DNA from: Chloroflexota bacterium
Lineage (GTDB): Bacteria > Chloroflexota > Limnocylindria > Limnocylindrales > CSP1-4
Assembly (NCBI GenBank): GCA_042408445.1
Contig: JBHORC010000023.1
Span: forward strand, 11,920 to 75,919
Direction of reading: 5' to 3'
DNA: 64,000 nt
Shown: in pieces, positions 1-9,251 of the stretch
Position numbering within the stretch: the stretch's first letter is position 1
Layout: each line of letters starts with the position of its first letter
The notes under the pieces: model-generated
What the model saw: only the letters and a program-made list of their open reading frames with translations
The model's database searches: none
What the model was told of the DNA's origin: nothing
Program-made: the position numbers and the translations under genes

Positions 1-1
1 G

Positions 2-1441
2 GGCTTCATCTTCGGCGCCGACCTGATCCGGACCTCCCCGTCCTGGTCCGCGGCTGACACGAAGGCGCTCCAGGACTGGCTCCGGACCGTGATCCTCCCC
101 GCCGCGTCGGAGCGGCCGAACAACTGGGGCGACGCCGGGACGTTCCTCCGGATCGCGATTGCCGAGTACATCGGCGACGACGCGGAGTTCGATGCCGCAG
201 TCACGAAGTGGCGATCGCTCCTCGATCTGGTCGAGCCGGACGGCCGGATCCCCGAGGAGTCGCGCCGCGGCCAGGACGGGATCTCGTACACGCAGGAGGC
301 CCTCCAGTACAAGGTCGCGGCCGCGCAGCTCGCCGAGCGGCGGGGCGTCAACCTCTGGGACGCGGTCGGCTCCCAGGGCGGCAGCCTCAAGGTCAGTCTC
401 GACCGCCTCGCGTTCTACGTGCGGCATCCGGCCGAGTGGCCCGATGCGACGGACCCGGAGGTCCCCGATCCGGGGCCGGCCTGGGAGATCGCCTACGCGC
501 ACTGGCACGATCCCGCATGGGTCGAGTTCGTCCAGGCGGCCCGGCCGTACGGCGACGCCGGCCACTCCGCGATCCGCTGGACGACGCTGACGAACGGCGT
601 CCCGATCGATGACTCGGCGGGGGCGGCATCACCGTCGCCGTCCTCGGCCACCACGTCGTCCGTCGTCAGGCCCACCACGGCGGCGCGAACCCCGGCGGCG
701 ACGGCACCCGTCATCCGCGCAACCCCGCCGCCCCCGCCGACGGCCGCGCCATCCGTCGTGGCCGGCGCGCCCGGTCTCGCGAGCCTCCAGGTGGGCCTCG
801 TCGCGACCGCGGCGCCCGGCGATCTCCGCTTCCGCGTCGCGTGGTCGGCGCCGGAGCCCGGGACCGTGGCGATCGACGCGTCGGCGAGCGGCGGCTGGAA
901 CCCGCTCCTCGAGAGCAGCCGAGCGAGTGGCACGGCGATCTTCTCCCGGCCCGAGGGGTCGTTCTCGGTCCGCGGCCGGGTCCTCGGCGACGGCGGGACG
1001 AGCGAGTGGCTGGAGCTTGGCGGCGTCCGCGCCGAACGGATCGATGCCGGCCCCGATGCGCTCGCCCTGTCGGGATCGTGGGAGACCGCCCGCGCCGATG
1101 CCTACAGCGGCGGTGAGGCGGCGTCCACGAACCAGAGCGGGGCCAGCGCGACGTGGACGGGAACCGCGAGCGGGCTCCTCGTCATCGGTCCCGTCGGGCC
1201 GACGCGCGGTTCGCTCGGGGTCTACGTGGACGGGTCGCTCACCACGACGGTCCCGCTTCGCGCCCCGAGGTTCGCCGCGAGGCGCGTGCTTGCGGCCCTG
1301 ACCTGGCCGGGAACGACGAGCCACGAGGTCGTCCTCAAGGCGCTCGACTCGACGGGTGGTGGCTCGACCGTTGCGGTCGACGAGCTCGTCCGGCTCGAGG
1401 GCGGCTCCGTCAGTTCGACAGGAAGCGGGCCGACAGGATGA
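2..1441 (+). CDS. alginate-lyase-like polysaccharide lyase with Pro/Thr-rich linker and C-terminal beta-sandwich-like module (5' partial, continues upstream of window)
   Basis: The frame of ORF 89..1441 stays open back to nt 2 (GFIFGADLIRTSPSWSAADTKALQDW...). RPNNWGDAG and SYTQEALQYKVAAAQLAERRG resemble PF05426-type alginate lyases. A PPPPPT linker is followed by a SGSWETARADAYSGGEA... tail. Confidence 0.55.
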   Translation, partial: GFIFGADLIRTSPSWSAADTKALQDWLRTVILPAASERPNNWGDAGTFLRIAIAEYIGDDAEFDAAVTKWRSLLDLVEPDGRIPEESRRGQDGISYTQEALQYKVAAAQLAERRGVNLWDAVGSQGGSLKVSLDRLAFYVRHPAEWPDATDPEVPDPGPAWEIAYAHWHDPAWVEFVQAARPYGDAGHSAIRWTTLTNGVPIDDSAGAASPSPSSATTSSVVRPTTAARTPAATAPVIRATPPPPPTAAPSVVAGAPGLASLQVGLVATAAPGDLRFRVAWSAPEPGTVAIDASASGGWNPLLESSRASGTAIFSRPEGSFSVRGRVLGDGGTSEWLELGGVRAERIDAGPDALALSGSWETARADAYSGGEAASTNQSGASATWTGTASGLLVIGPVGPTRGSLGVYVDGSLTTTVPLRAPRFAARRVLAALTWPGTTSHEVVLKALDSTGGGSTVAVDELVRLEGGSVSSTGSGPTG

Positions 1442-1673
1442 CGAGCGTCACGGTGATCGCGACCACGCCCAGCGGCGCGATCGCCGCCTCGATCGCGTCG
1501 GGCACGAGGTCCGTGAGGGGCGTCAGGATGAAGATCGCCCCGAGCGCGCCCGCGACCAGCCCGACGATGGCCCGGGCGACGGGGACGGGCTGCTCCGGGC
1601 TCGACCGGATGACGAGCATGATCACGCCTCCCGCCGCGATGAGGAACACGAGGGCGATCTCGATGCCGGCCAT
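1410..1673 (-). CDS. small hydrophobic membrane protein (87 aa, about 3 TM)
   Basis: Internal ATG at 1673 of ORF 1410..1853 gives MAGIEIALVFLIAAGGVIMLV...VVAITVTLVILSARFLSN. The upstream part of the ORF is Arg-rich junk. Confidence 0.5.
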   Translation of the reverse strand: MAGIEIALVFLIAAGGVIMLVIRSSPEQPVPVARAIVGLVAGALGAIFILTPLTDLVPDAIEAAIAPLGVVAITVTLVILSARFLSN

Positions 1674-1699
1674 CGCTCGATGATAGGGGGGTCGCCCGC

Positions 1700-3688
1700 T
1701 TGACGGCGCCCGGATCGCACGGGCGTCGGATCGGTGGAAGCCGCCTGGCCGCTCTCGCCGTGATCGTGCTCGGCACGGCTGGCGTCGTCGGCGGCAGCAT
1801 CGCGCTGTCGACCGCGGACCACTCGGTCCCGTCCGTCCGGCCGTCCACGTCACCGATCACCGGCTCGTCGGCCCCGCGGCCGGTCCTCTCGGCGGACCCC
1901 GTGGGCCGCGCGTACCTCGACGCGAAGCTCCCGGACGACATCACGGACCCGCTCGGACCGGCCTCGATGAGCCCGACGTTCCAGATCGACGGCCGATGGT
2001 GGGCCGCGCTCCTGGATCCCGCGAGCCGGGAGACCCGGCTGTACGAGCTCGGCGCGGACGGAACGACGTGGCGCGACACCGGCCGCGTGCTCGACGAGCG
2101 GCCGGACGCCCGCGTCGACGTCGTCTGGACCGGGAAATCGCTCTACGTGGCGAGCGTCGTCCCGAGCAACGCATCGACGAGCGGGATCCGGATCAACCGC
2201 TACAAGCCGGACGCGAAGACGGGCTTCGTCCAGGAGTCGGACTTCCCGGTCGCGATCACCGACCGGGGTGTCGGCAGCCTCAGCTTCGCCCGGGACTCGA
2301 CCGGACGGCTCTGGATCGCCTTCGTCGAGGAGACGAAGATCGTCCTCGTCCACTCGCTGGACTCGGACTTCCTCTGGTCGCCACCGATCGCCCTCCCCGG
2401 CGAGGCGGCCGTCGGGCCGCGGGACTCCGCCGTCCTGCTGCCGTACGGGACCGGCCAGCTGGGGATCGCCTGGTCGTCCGTCGCGGGCAGCATCGTCCGG
2501 TTCGCGACTCGCGCGGATTCGAGCGATCCCGCGATCTGGTCGCAGCCCGAAACCGTCAGCGAGGGCGTCACCCTCCAGGACGGGCCGATCTCCGTGGCGG
2601 CGCAGCCGGACGGCGGCGTCGTCGTCGGGATCGCGGGCGACACCCGCGCGTCCGTCGGTGGGTCGTTGACGTCGGCGCGGATCGTCGTCGCCCGGCGTGA
2701 CGCAGCCGGCGGCTGGTCGTCGGCCGTCGCCGGCCGGGTCGAGGACCGCCACGACGGTGTGGCCGTGGCGGTCGATCCCACGAACAGCGAGATCGATCTG
2801 CTCATGATGCGCAACGCCAACGACGGGACGTCATGGGTCATGAAGCGGTCGACGACCGGGCGTCTCGAGTTCGATGCCGGGCCGGGTCTCGCCGTGACCG
2901 CCGGCACGCCGACCGGCGCCGAATTGTCCGCGCCGCACCTCGCGAAGGGACCGGCCGACCCGGCGACGGGCGTCCTGGTCGTCGGCTTCGATCCGGCGAG
3001 CCATCGCTACCTCCACGCGATCGTCCAGGCCGCGGACATCGCGGCCGGCAGCCCGCCGCCGACGCCCTCCGGCCCACCCCCCGCTGCGGCGGCACTGCCG
3101 CTGCTCCTCGTCGACGACACGTTCGAGCCGTACGCCCTCGGCACGAAGACCCCGGAAGGCTGGACGGTCTCCAACGGTGCGCTGGACACGAACATCACGG
3201 TGGCAAGCGCGCCCGGCCGCGGCCGCGTCCTGCACCTCGTGTCGACCGCCGGCGGCGAGACCCGCGCCTGCAAGACCTTCGCGACCGTCGATCGGGGTCG
3301 CCTCACCGCGTTCACCGTCGTCCGCGCGTCGGCCAACGGCACGACGGACGGGGTGATGATCAGCCTCCGCTTCCACGGCGACGAGGCGGTGACGACCCGG
3401 TTCGGGCAGGGCGGGACGTTCGCCTACTACGCCGGCCAGACGAAGGTCCGGACCCTCGCGGTCTGGGAGCCCGGCGTCTGGTACCGCTCGACCGTCGTCG
3501 TCGACCTGACGAAGCGAACCTGGGAATGGACCCTGACGAAGGAGGGGTTCAGCCGGGTGATCATCCGGGCCGTGTCGATCCCCTTCCGCGAGACGGCCGC
3601 GAAGTCTGTCGGCTCCGTCTGCGTCCAGACGGCAGCGGGGCGGGCCGGCCTCGGGCTTGACGTCGACCGGGTCGTCGTCAGCCGCTAG
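1700..3688 (+). CDS. secreted or anchored protein: N-terminal domain paralogous to the N-terminus of 9865..12930, plus C-terminal LamG/concanavalin-like domain
   Basis: TTG start and a signal/anchor (RLAALAVIVLGTAGVVGGSIAL). STGRLWIAFVEETKIVLVHS aligns with STGRLWATWVQNNQVVVTHT of the large protein. A PPPTPSGPPP linker precedes a lectin-like tail. Confidence 0.6.
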   Translation: MTAPGSHGRRIGGSRLAALAVIVLGTAGVVGGSIALSTADHSVPSVRPSTSPITGSSAPRPVLSADPVGRAYLDAKLPDDITDPLGPASMSPTFQIDGRWWAALLDPASRETRLYELGADGTTWRDTGRVLDERPDARVDVVWTGKSLYVASVVPSNASTSGIRINRYKPDAKTGFVQESDFPVAITDRGVGSLSFARDSTGRLWIAFVEETKIVLVHSLDSDFLWSPPIALPGEAAVGPRDSAVLLPYGTGQLGIAWSSVAGSIVRFATRADSSDPAIWSQPETVSEGVTLQDGPISVAAQPDGGVVVGIAGDTRASVGGSLTSARIVVARRDAAGGWSSAVAGRVEDRHDGVAVAVDPTNSEIDLLMMRNANDGTSWVMKRSTTGRLEFDAGPGLAVTAGTPTGAELSAPHLAKGPADPATGVLVVGFDPASHRYLHAIVQAADIAAGSPPPTPSGPPPAAAALPLLLVDDTFEPYALGTKTPEGWTVSNGALDTNITVASAPGRGRVLHLVSTAGGETRACKTFATVDRGRLTAFTVVRASANGTTDGVMISLRFHGDEAVTTRFGQGGTFAYYAGQTKVRTLAVWEPGVWYRSTVVVDLTKRTWEWTLTKEGFSRVIIRAVSIPFRETAAKSVGSVCVQTAAGRAGLGLDVDRVVVSR

Positions 3689-3699
3689 GCTTGCCGGCC

Positions 3700-4635
3700 A
3701 TGAGGTTCCTCGTCACCGGCGCCGCCGGGTTCATCGGGTCGCACCTGTCCGAGGCGCTGGTTGGCGGCGGCCACGAGGTGGTCGGCGTCGACACGTTCAT
3801 CGACTACTACCCGCGGTCGTTCAAGGAGTCGAACCTGGAGCGACTCCGCGACGAGGGGCAATTCACCCTCCACGAGCTCGATCTCCGGACGGCGCCCCTC
3901 GAGCCGCTCGTCGATGGCGTCGACGCGGTCGTCCACCTCGCCGCGATGCCGGGCCTCGTCCGGAGCTGGACCGACGTCGAGCTCTACACGACCTGCAATC
4001 TGCTCGCCACGCACCGCCTCGTCGAGGCGATCCTCGCGCGCGGTGGGCCGCGTCTGCTCCACATCTCGACGTCGTCGGTGTACGGGATGGATGCCGTCGG
4101 TGACGAGACCACGCCGACGCGGCCGATCTCGCCGTACGGCGTCACGAAGCTCGCGGCCGAGCACCTCGTCCTCGCCAACGTGATGACCCGCGGCCTCAAC
4201 GCCTCGATCGTCCGCTACTTCTCGATCTTCGGGCCGCGCCAGCGGCCGGACATGGCCTATCACCAGTTCATCGAGGCGATGCTCGACGGGCGCCCGATCA
4301 CCGTCTTCGGCGACGGCGAGCAATCCCGCTCGAACACCTTCATCGACGATTGCGTCCGCGGGACGATCGCAGCGGTCCAGGACGCGGTTCCGGGCGAGAT
4401 CTACAACATCTCCGGCGGCGAGGAGATCACCCTCAACGCGGCGATCGCGGCCATCGCCGAGGCGGTCGGCGTCACGGCGACGATCGAGTGGGGCCCCGCC
4501 CGACGCGGCGACCAGCGGCGGACCGCCGCGGACACGGGCAAGGCGGAGCGGGCGTTCGGCTATCGGGCGACGACGGGTGCCCGCGAGGGACTCACTTCCC
4601 AGGTTGCCTGGCACGTGGCGCGTCGCGGGGGCTGA
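3700..4635 (+). CDS. NAD-dependent nucleotide-sugar epimerase/dehydratase (extended SDR)
   Basis: MRFLVTGAAGFIGSHL Rossmann motif and a YGVTK catalytic Yxxx K motif; about 311 aa. Confidence 0.85.
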   Translation: MRFLVTGAAGFIGSHLSEALVGGGHEVVGVDTFIDYYPRSFKESNLERLRDEGQFTLHELDLRTAPLEPLVDGVDAVVHLAAMPGLVRSWTDVELYTTCNLLATHRLVEAILARGGPRLLHISTSSVYGMDAVGDETTPTRPISPYGVTKLAAEHLVLANVMTRGLNASIVRYFSIFGPRQRPDMAYHQFIEAMLDGRPITVFGDGEQSRSNTFIDDCVRGTIAAVQDAVPGEIYNISGGEEITLNAAIAAIAEAVGVTATIEWGPARRGDQRRTAADTGKAERAFGYRATTGAREGLTSQVAWHVARRGG

Positions 4636-4708
4636 CGCAGCCCGGGGCTGACGTCCGGGCGGTTCGCGTGCCCAGGCGAGCGCGCCGCGAGATCGATCGA
4701 CGGGTCGC

Positions 4709-5884
4709 TCAACTCGGAGCCGGGGCCAATGCCACCGCGTCGACCCAGACGCTCGCCGTCGACTGGCCGACGTCGATCAGGATCTCCGCCGTCGGGTCGT
4801 CGACGATGCTGTCGAACTGGATCGTGATCGTGGTCCACGCCGGCGTCACGTCGACGATGCGGGCGATGTAGGGGGCGGTCTCGGTGGCGTCGGTCACCCG
4901 GATCCGCACATCCCGGGCGACGGCCGCCTTGATCGAGAGCTGGATGACGTAGCTCTGACCGGCCTGGATCGCGATGCCGCCCTGCGCGAGGCTGACGCCG
5001 GATCTCGCGCCGCTGTCCGCCTGGATGTCGATCCGGGCCGAGGCCGCACCCTCGACGTGCTGCGTCCGGTCCTCGCTCACCGTCCCGGCGGCCGGCGCGT
5101 TCGTTCGGACGACCCAGCCGGTCAGTCCCTTCTCGAACCCGCCGTTGACGAGGAGCCCGCCCGGGGCGAGGGACGGGACCGGGCCGCTGGCGGGCGGCTC
5201 CGTGGGCGGCGCGGCCGAGGGCAGCGGAGTCGGCGACGGCGCTGGAGTGGCTGTGGGCGCGAGCGAGGGCGGCCCGGACGCGACGGCGCTCCCGGACGGG
5301 GTCGTGCCGACCGATGGCGCGGGCGACGTGACCTCCCCGTCGAGGATCCTCTGGGCCCGGGCCGTCAACGGTGCCAGGGCGGTGATCTGCGCAACGGCAC
5401 CCGTCGCCGCCTTCACGTAGGCGGTCTCGTTCCGGACGCTCTGGTCCGACACGCCGCGCGTCGTCTCGGCGAGGGCTCCGTAGGCATCGTCGAGCTGGAT
5501 GCCGAGGGTCGCTGTCGCCGGATCGGAGGTCAGGGTTCGGACCGCGCCACCGACCGCGGTGACGCTCGCTACATCGGACGAGATCCTCGGCAGGATCACC
5601 GAGATCTGGTTGATCCGGCGCGGGGTCCGGGCGAGCTCCGCGGACAGCTCCTTGGCGCTGTCGGTGAGGCGCCCGTTGACCGTGATGACCACCGAGAGAG
5701 ACGAACGGAGCGATGCGCTCAGGCCGCCGGACCCGGCCGGCCCGGGGGCCTCCGATGGACCGGGCGTGGCGGCCGGCTGGGCCGATGCGCGTGCCGACGG
5801 CCGGACGAGGACCACGCCGAGCACGATCAAGCACAGGACAGCGGCAATCAGCTCGGGGGAGAGGCGGGAGCGCGCGAAGCTCAT
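4709..5884 (-). CDS. membrane-anchored protein with helical region, Pro/Ser/Thr linker and C-terminal CBM4_9-like carbohydrate-binding module
   Basis: N-terminal TM segment (IAAVLCLIVLGVVLV). LLVNGGFEKGLTGWVV... is typical of CBM_4_9 modules. Its start overlaps the stop of 5881..6834 by 4 nt. Confidence 0.55.
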   Translation of the reverse strand: MSFARSRLSPELIAAVLCLIVLGVVLVRPSARASAQPAATPGPSEAPGPAGSGGLSASLRSSLSVVITVNGRLTDSAKELSAELARTPRRINQISVILPRISSDVASVTAVGGAVRTLTSDPATATLGIQLDDAYGALAETTRGVSDQSVRNETAYVKAATGAVAQITALAPLTARAQRILDGEVTSPAPSVGTTPSGSAVASGPPSLAPTATPAPSPTPLPSAAPPTEPPASGPVPSLAPGGLLVNGGFEKGLTGWVVRTNAPAAGTVSEDRTQHVEGAASARIDIQADSGARSGVSLAQGGIAIQAGQSYVIQLSIKAAVARDVRIRVTDATETAPYIARIVDVTPAWTTITIQFDSIVDDPTAEILIDVGQSTASVWVDAVALAPAPS

Positions 5885-6834
5885 CGGCGCGCGGAGCTGG
5901 CTTGCTGCGTCCCGAAGGCGGCCCGGAGATCGATGCCGGGCTCGACGATGACGCCGACGAACGCCAGTCCGACGTCCATGAGCGGGTTCTGGCTGCCGAT
6001 CGAGAGTCGATCGCCGACCACGGTCACCTCGATGTCCTTGGTCGACATCCGCGTCGCCACGTTCGCCGGGTTCAGGTGGAGCGGGCCGAAGATCTGCAGC
6101 TCCGGGCCGACCCGGGTGAGCAGGTAGCGGCTGCCGGGCTGGAGCGGCCGGTTTCCGCCGACGAAGACGCCGCTTCCGATCACGGCGAACGGACGGTCGT
6201 CGCCGTTGTCCGTGCCGTTCCGAGCGTCCGAGGCCGGATCCGGCCGGCGGTCCCAGCCGTCCTCGGTCCTCGGGCTCGGAATCGCCGCCGTTGCGACGGT
6301 CGACCCGCGCTCACCGCCGAGGCGCGCGTCGCGGGTCGCGGCGAGGACACTGTTGCCGCCGTTGAACGAACGTCCCTGCTCCGTCCGCCCCGGTCCGACC
6401 GCCACCGGAGCGCCGCCCGGTCCGCGGCCCGCCGACGTCGCGACGGTTCCACCAAGCGCACCTGCCAGGGCCGGCGAGGCATGCGGTCCGATGTGTCGGC
6501 CTGCCGACAGCTCCGGGCCGATCTCATCCGTCTCGGGCGGCAGCCCGGTCGCAACATCGTTGCCGCAGGAGCGGCAGGTGTCCGTCCAGCCCCGGACGCG
6601 CCAGCCGCACGCCCGGCATTGGCCCGGCGGTGCTGCGAGCAGGAGCGCGATCGCGAGCGGCCCGAGGATCGCGCCGAAGACGATCCACAGCGGGACGAGA
6701 CGCGTTCGGGCGACCGCAAGCCAGCCCGAGAGCGGGCCGAAGATGCTGGCGTAGCCGGCGAGAATCACGAGGCCGACCTGGATGTCGGGCAACAGCGCCT
6801 CCTCGTCAGGGGCGTTCGCCCCCGCGGCGGACAT
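5881..6834 (-). CDS. membrane protein with two TM helices, CxxC...CxxC zinc-ribbon, disordered region and C-terminal beta-rich domain
   Basis: ATG at 6834 (MSAAGANAPDEE). TM segments, then QCRACGWRVRGWTDTCRSCG. The 67 upstream codons of the tracked ORF look non-coding. Confidence 0.5.
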   Translation of the reverse strand: MSAAGANAPDEEALLPDIQVGLVILAGYASIFGPLSGWLAVARTRLVPLWIVFGAILGPLAIALLLAAPPGQCRACGWRVRGWTDTCRSCGNDVATGLPPETDEIGPELSAGRHIGPHASPALAGALGGTVATSAGRGPGGAPVAVGPGRTEQGRSFNGGNSVLAATRDARLGGERGSTVATAAIPSPRTEDGWDRRPDPASDARNGTDNGDDRPFAVIGSGVFVGGNRPLQPGSRYLLTRVGPELQIFGPLHLNPANVATRMSTKDIEVTVVGDRLSIGSQNPLMDVGLAFVGVIVEPGIDLRAAFGTQQASSARR

Positions 6835-6998
6835 CGTAGGGCCCACCGCACGGCGCCGCCACGGCGCCGCGTCAGGCGGGTAGCAGGCGGTGGTCCGCCT
6901 CCTTGCCGAGGACCTTGCGATGGTGACGACGCGCACCAGAACCGCGGCATCTGCGGCACTTTGGAAGGGTCCCGTGAGGATCAGGAGATTGTCGGCAA

Positions 6999-7012
6999 AG
7001 GTCCTAGGACCT
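6999..7012. promoter_or_regulatory. perfect 14-bp palindrome AGGTCCTAGGACCT in a divergent promoter region, flanked by further GGTCC/GGACC half-sites
   Basis: Read directly. Extra half-sites lie at 6967-6973 (GGGTCCC), 7019-7025 (GGGGACC) and 7041-7049 (GGGGGACCG), in the 355-nt gap between 6834(-) and 7189(+). Confidence 0.3.
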
Positions 7013-7188
7013 ATCGTTGGGGACCGAGCGCGCACATATCGGGGGACCGGCTGGAATCACCGGACTCATTCGGATTCATCGTTCCTTTCGTTGCCCCTCG
7101 CCCATCGCCCGAAGCGCGCATCGCCCCAGCGACCGGGTCGGTCGCAAAGCCCGTGATGCTTCGTGAAGCGCGCGGGGGGAGACCTGAG

Positions 7189-8592
7189 TTGAGAGTTGCC
7201 GGCGTCGGTCAGGGATACGTCGGATTGGTCACCGCCGCCGGTGCGGCAGAGTGGGGGCACGAGGTCGTCGGGGTCGAGATCGATCCGCGCCGCCTCTCCT
7301 CCCTCCAGGCGGGGATCAGCCCCATCTACGAGCCGGGTCTCGCCGAGCTCGTCGAGGCGCACACGCAGAGCGGCCGCCTGACGTTCACGAACGACACCGC
7401 TGCGGCCGCGGCCGGCAGCACGATCGTCTTCGTGGCCGTCGCGACCACCAACGCCGAGGGCCAGTGGGACTTCGGCACCATGCGGCGGGCCCTCACCGGC
7501 CTCGTCCCGATCATGGATGACGGGTCCACCCTCGTGATCCGCTCGACGTGCCCGCCGCCGCTGGTCCGGGAGGTCTCGACGCTCGTCGCCGAGCTTCGTG
7601 GCGCCGCCGGCCGGGAGCCGGTCGCGCTCGCCTTCAACCCGGAGTTCACGCGCGAAGGCACCGCCGTTCGCGATTTCCTCGAGCCGGACCGGGTGATCCT
7701 CGGGATCGCCGCGGACCCGGATGGAACCGGCGAGTCGCATCTCCGCCAGTTCTACGCAGCCGTCGAGACGCCGATCCTCGTGATGAGCGCGGTCGACGCG
7801 ATGCTCTCGAAGCTCGCGGCGAACCTCTTCCTCGCCACGAAGATCTCCTTCGCCAACGAGCTCGCCGCGCTCTGCGATCTCCACGACTCCCGCGTCGAGC
7901 GGGTCGTCGAGGGGATGTCGTACGACCCCCGGATCGGTGGGTCGTTCCTCCGGGCCGGGATCGGCTTCGGCGGCTCGTGCCTGCCGGACCAGGTCACGAT
8001 GACCGTCGCGGACGCGGACGCGCTCGGCCTGGACGTCCCGCTGCTGGCCGCCGTGGACAGCATCAACGCCCGCCAGCGGATCGCGTTCGTCGACCGGATC
8101 GCCGACCTCTGCGGCGGTGTCGAAGGCAAGCGGATCGCGCTGCTCGGCGTCACGTTCAAGCCGCACACGGACGACGTTCGCGCGGCGCCCGGGCTGGACA
8201 TCGCCCGCGACCTCATCGCTCGTGGCGCGACCGTCGTCGCGTACGACCCGATGGAAGGCGCTCGCCGGTCGGCCCGACGGCTCGTCCCCTCGATCGAGAT
8301 CGCCGACTCGGCGATGGCCGCGATGACGGACGCCGACGCGATCGGCCTCGTGACCGAATGGCCGGAGTTCATCGCCCTGCCCTGGGACGAGGTGGCCGCC
8401 GTGGTCCGCCATCGGCGGATCGTCGACGGACGCAACGCTCTCGATCCCGAGGCGCTGCTCGCAGCCGGGTTCGCCTATTCGGCGTTCGGCCGCGGCACGG
8501 TCGGGCGGGCGGGGAGCCGGACGCTGGTTCACGCCGGCGTCGCAGACGGCCGCGAGGCCGGGCTCGCCTCGGGCGCCGCCCTCGGCGACTGA
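7189..8592 (+). CDS. ugd: UDP-glucose/GDP-mannose 6-dehydrogenase family (UDP-glucose 6-dehydrogenase likely)
   Basis: (M)RVAGVGQGYVGLV NAD-binding motif and catalytic GFGGSCLPDQ. The GGGGGGAG RBS lies 8 nt before TTG 7189. ATG 7156 is an alternative start. Confidence 0.85.
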   Translation: MRVAGVGQGYVGLVTAAGAAEWGHEVVGVEIDPRRLSSLQAGISPIYEPGLAELVEAHTQSGRLTFTNDTAAAAAGSTIVFVAVATTNAEGQWDFGTMRRALTGLVPIMDDGSTLVIRSTCPPPLVREVSTLVAELRGAAGREPVALAFNPEFTREGTAVRDFLEPDRVILGIAADPDGTGESHLRQFYAAVETPILVMSAVDAMLSKLAANLFLATKISFANELAALCDLHDSRVERVVEGMSYDPRIGGSFLRAGIGFGGSCLPDQVTMTVADADALGLDVPLLAAVDSINARQRIAFVDRIADLCGGVEGKRIALLGVTFKPHTDDVRAAPGLDIARDLIARGATVVAYDPMEGARRSARRLVPSIEIADSAMAAMTDADAIGLVTEWPEFIALPWDEVAAVVRHRRIVDGRNALDPEALLAAGFAYSAFGRGTVGRAGSRTLVHAGVADGREAGLASGAALGD

Positions 8593-8604
8593 CCGGAGCA
8601 CAGC

Positions 8605-9249
8605 ATGAACAGGCGGGGAACCAGCATCGCCCTATGGGGCGCTGCGATCATCGCGGTCGTGGCGATCGTCGTCGGGCCGGTCTTCGGCTACATGGTCGTC
8701 GTTGTTCCGTTCGTCGTCGGGGCCGTCGTCGGCTCGGCCGTCGGCGGGATGGCCGTCGCGGCTGGCCACAATCGCGAGTCGTACCTGGGCGGCGCCACGA
8801 GCGACGCGGTCGTCGGCTGGCAGGAGTTCCACCGTGAGCTCGCCAGGTCGCGGCGGTTCGGTCGGACCTTCGGTCTCGTCCGGTTTCCCGGCGCGAACGC
8901 CGCCGAGACGCCGACGACGCACCTCCGTGACCGGATCGCGGCGCGCGCCCGGCGCAACGATCGGGTCTGGATCGACGGGAGCGATCTCTTCCTGCTCCTG
9001 CCGGAGGCGGACTCGGACGCGGTGGGCGCGGCCGTCGCCCGGACGCAGGCCCACGCCGCCGGGGCGCTCGGCAACGGCGTCGTCGCCGTGTTCCCGGCGA
9101 GCGGGATCACGAGCGGCGCGCTGATCGCCTCGCTCTACGGCGAGCAGTCGGCGCCGGTTGCGATCGGGTCGTGGGCGCCGGTCGTCGCGACGATCGCCCA
9201 CCCGAACGACGCGGAGCTCGGGGACGACATGGCGGAGACGGCGACGTGA
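8605..9249 (+). CDS. membrane-anchored protein with degenerate GGDEF-like (nucleotidyl-cyclase fold) domain
   Basis: Two N-terminal TM helices. FGLVRFPG...RNDRVWIDGSDLFLLLPEADSDAVGAAVAR matches the GGDEF-domain core, but with DGSDL in place of GGDEF. Confidence 0.45.
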   Translation: MNRRGTSIALWGAAIIAVVAIVVGPVFGYMVVVVPFVVGAVVGSAVGGMAVAAGHNRESYLGGATSDAVVGWQEFHRELARSRRFGRTFGLVRFPGANAAETPTTHLRDRIAARARRNDRVWIDGSDLFLLLPEADSDAVGAAVARTQAHAAGALGNGVVAVFPASGITSGALIASLYGEQSAPVAIGSWAPVVATIAHPNDAELGDDMAETAT

Positions 9250-9251
9250 CG

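Noticed and set aside
5713-7188. N-terminal 490-codon extension of the UDP-glucose dehydrogenase ORF (tracked as 5713..8592)
   Set aside because: The extension is Arg-rich and overlaps two better-supported minus-strand genes. The dehydrogenase Rossmann motif begins right after TTG 7189, which has a strong upstream RBS.
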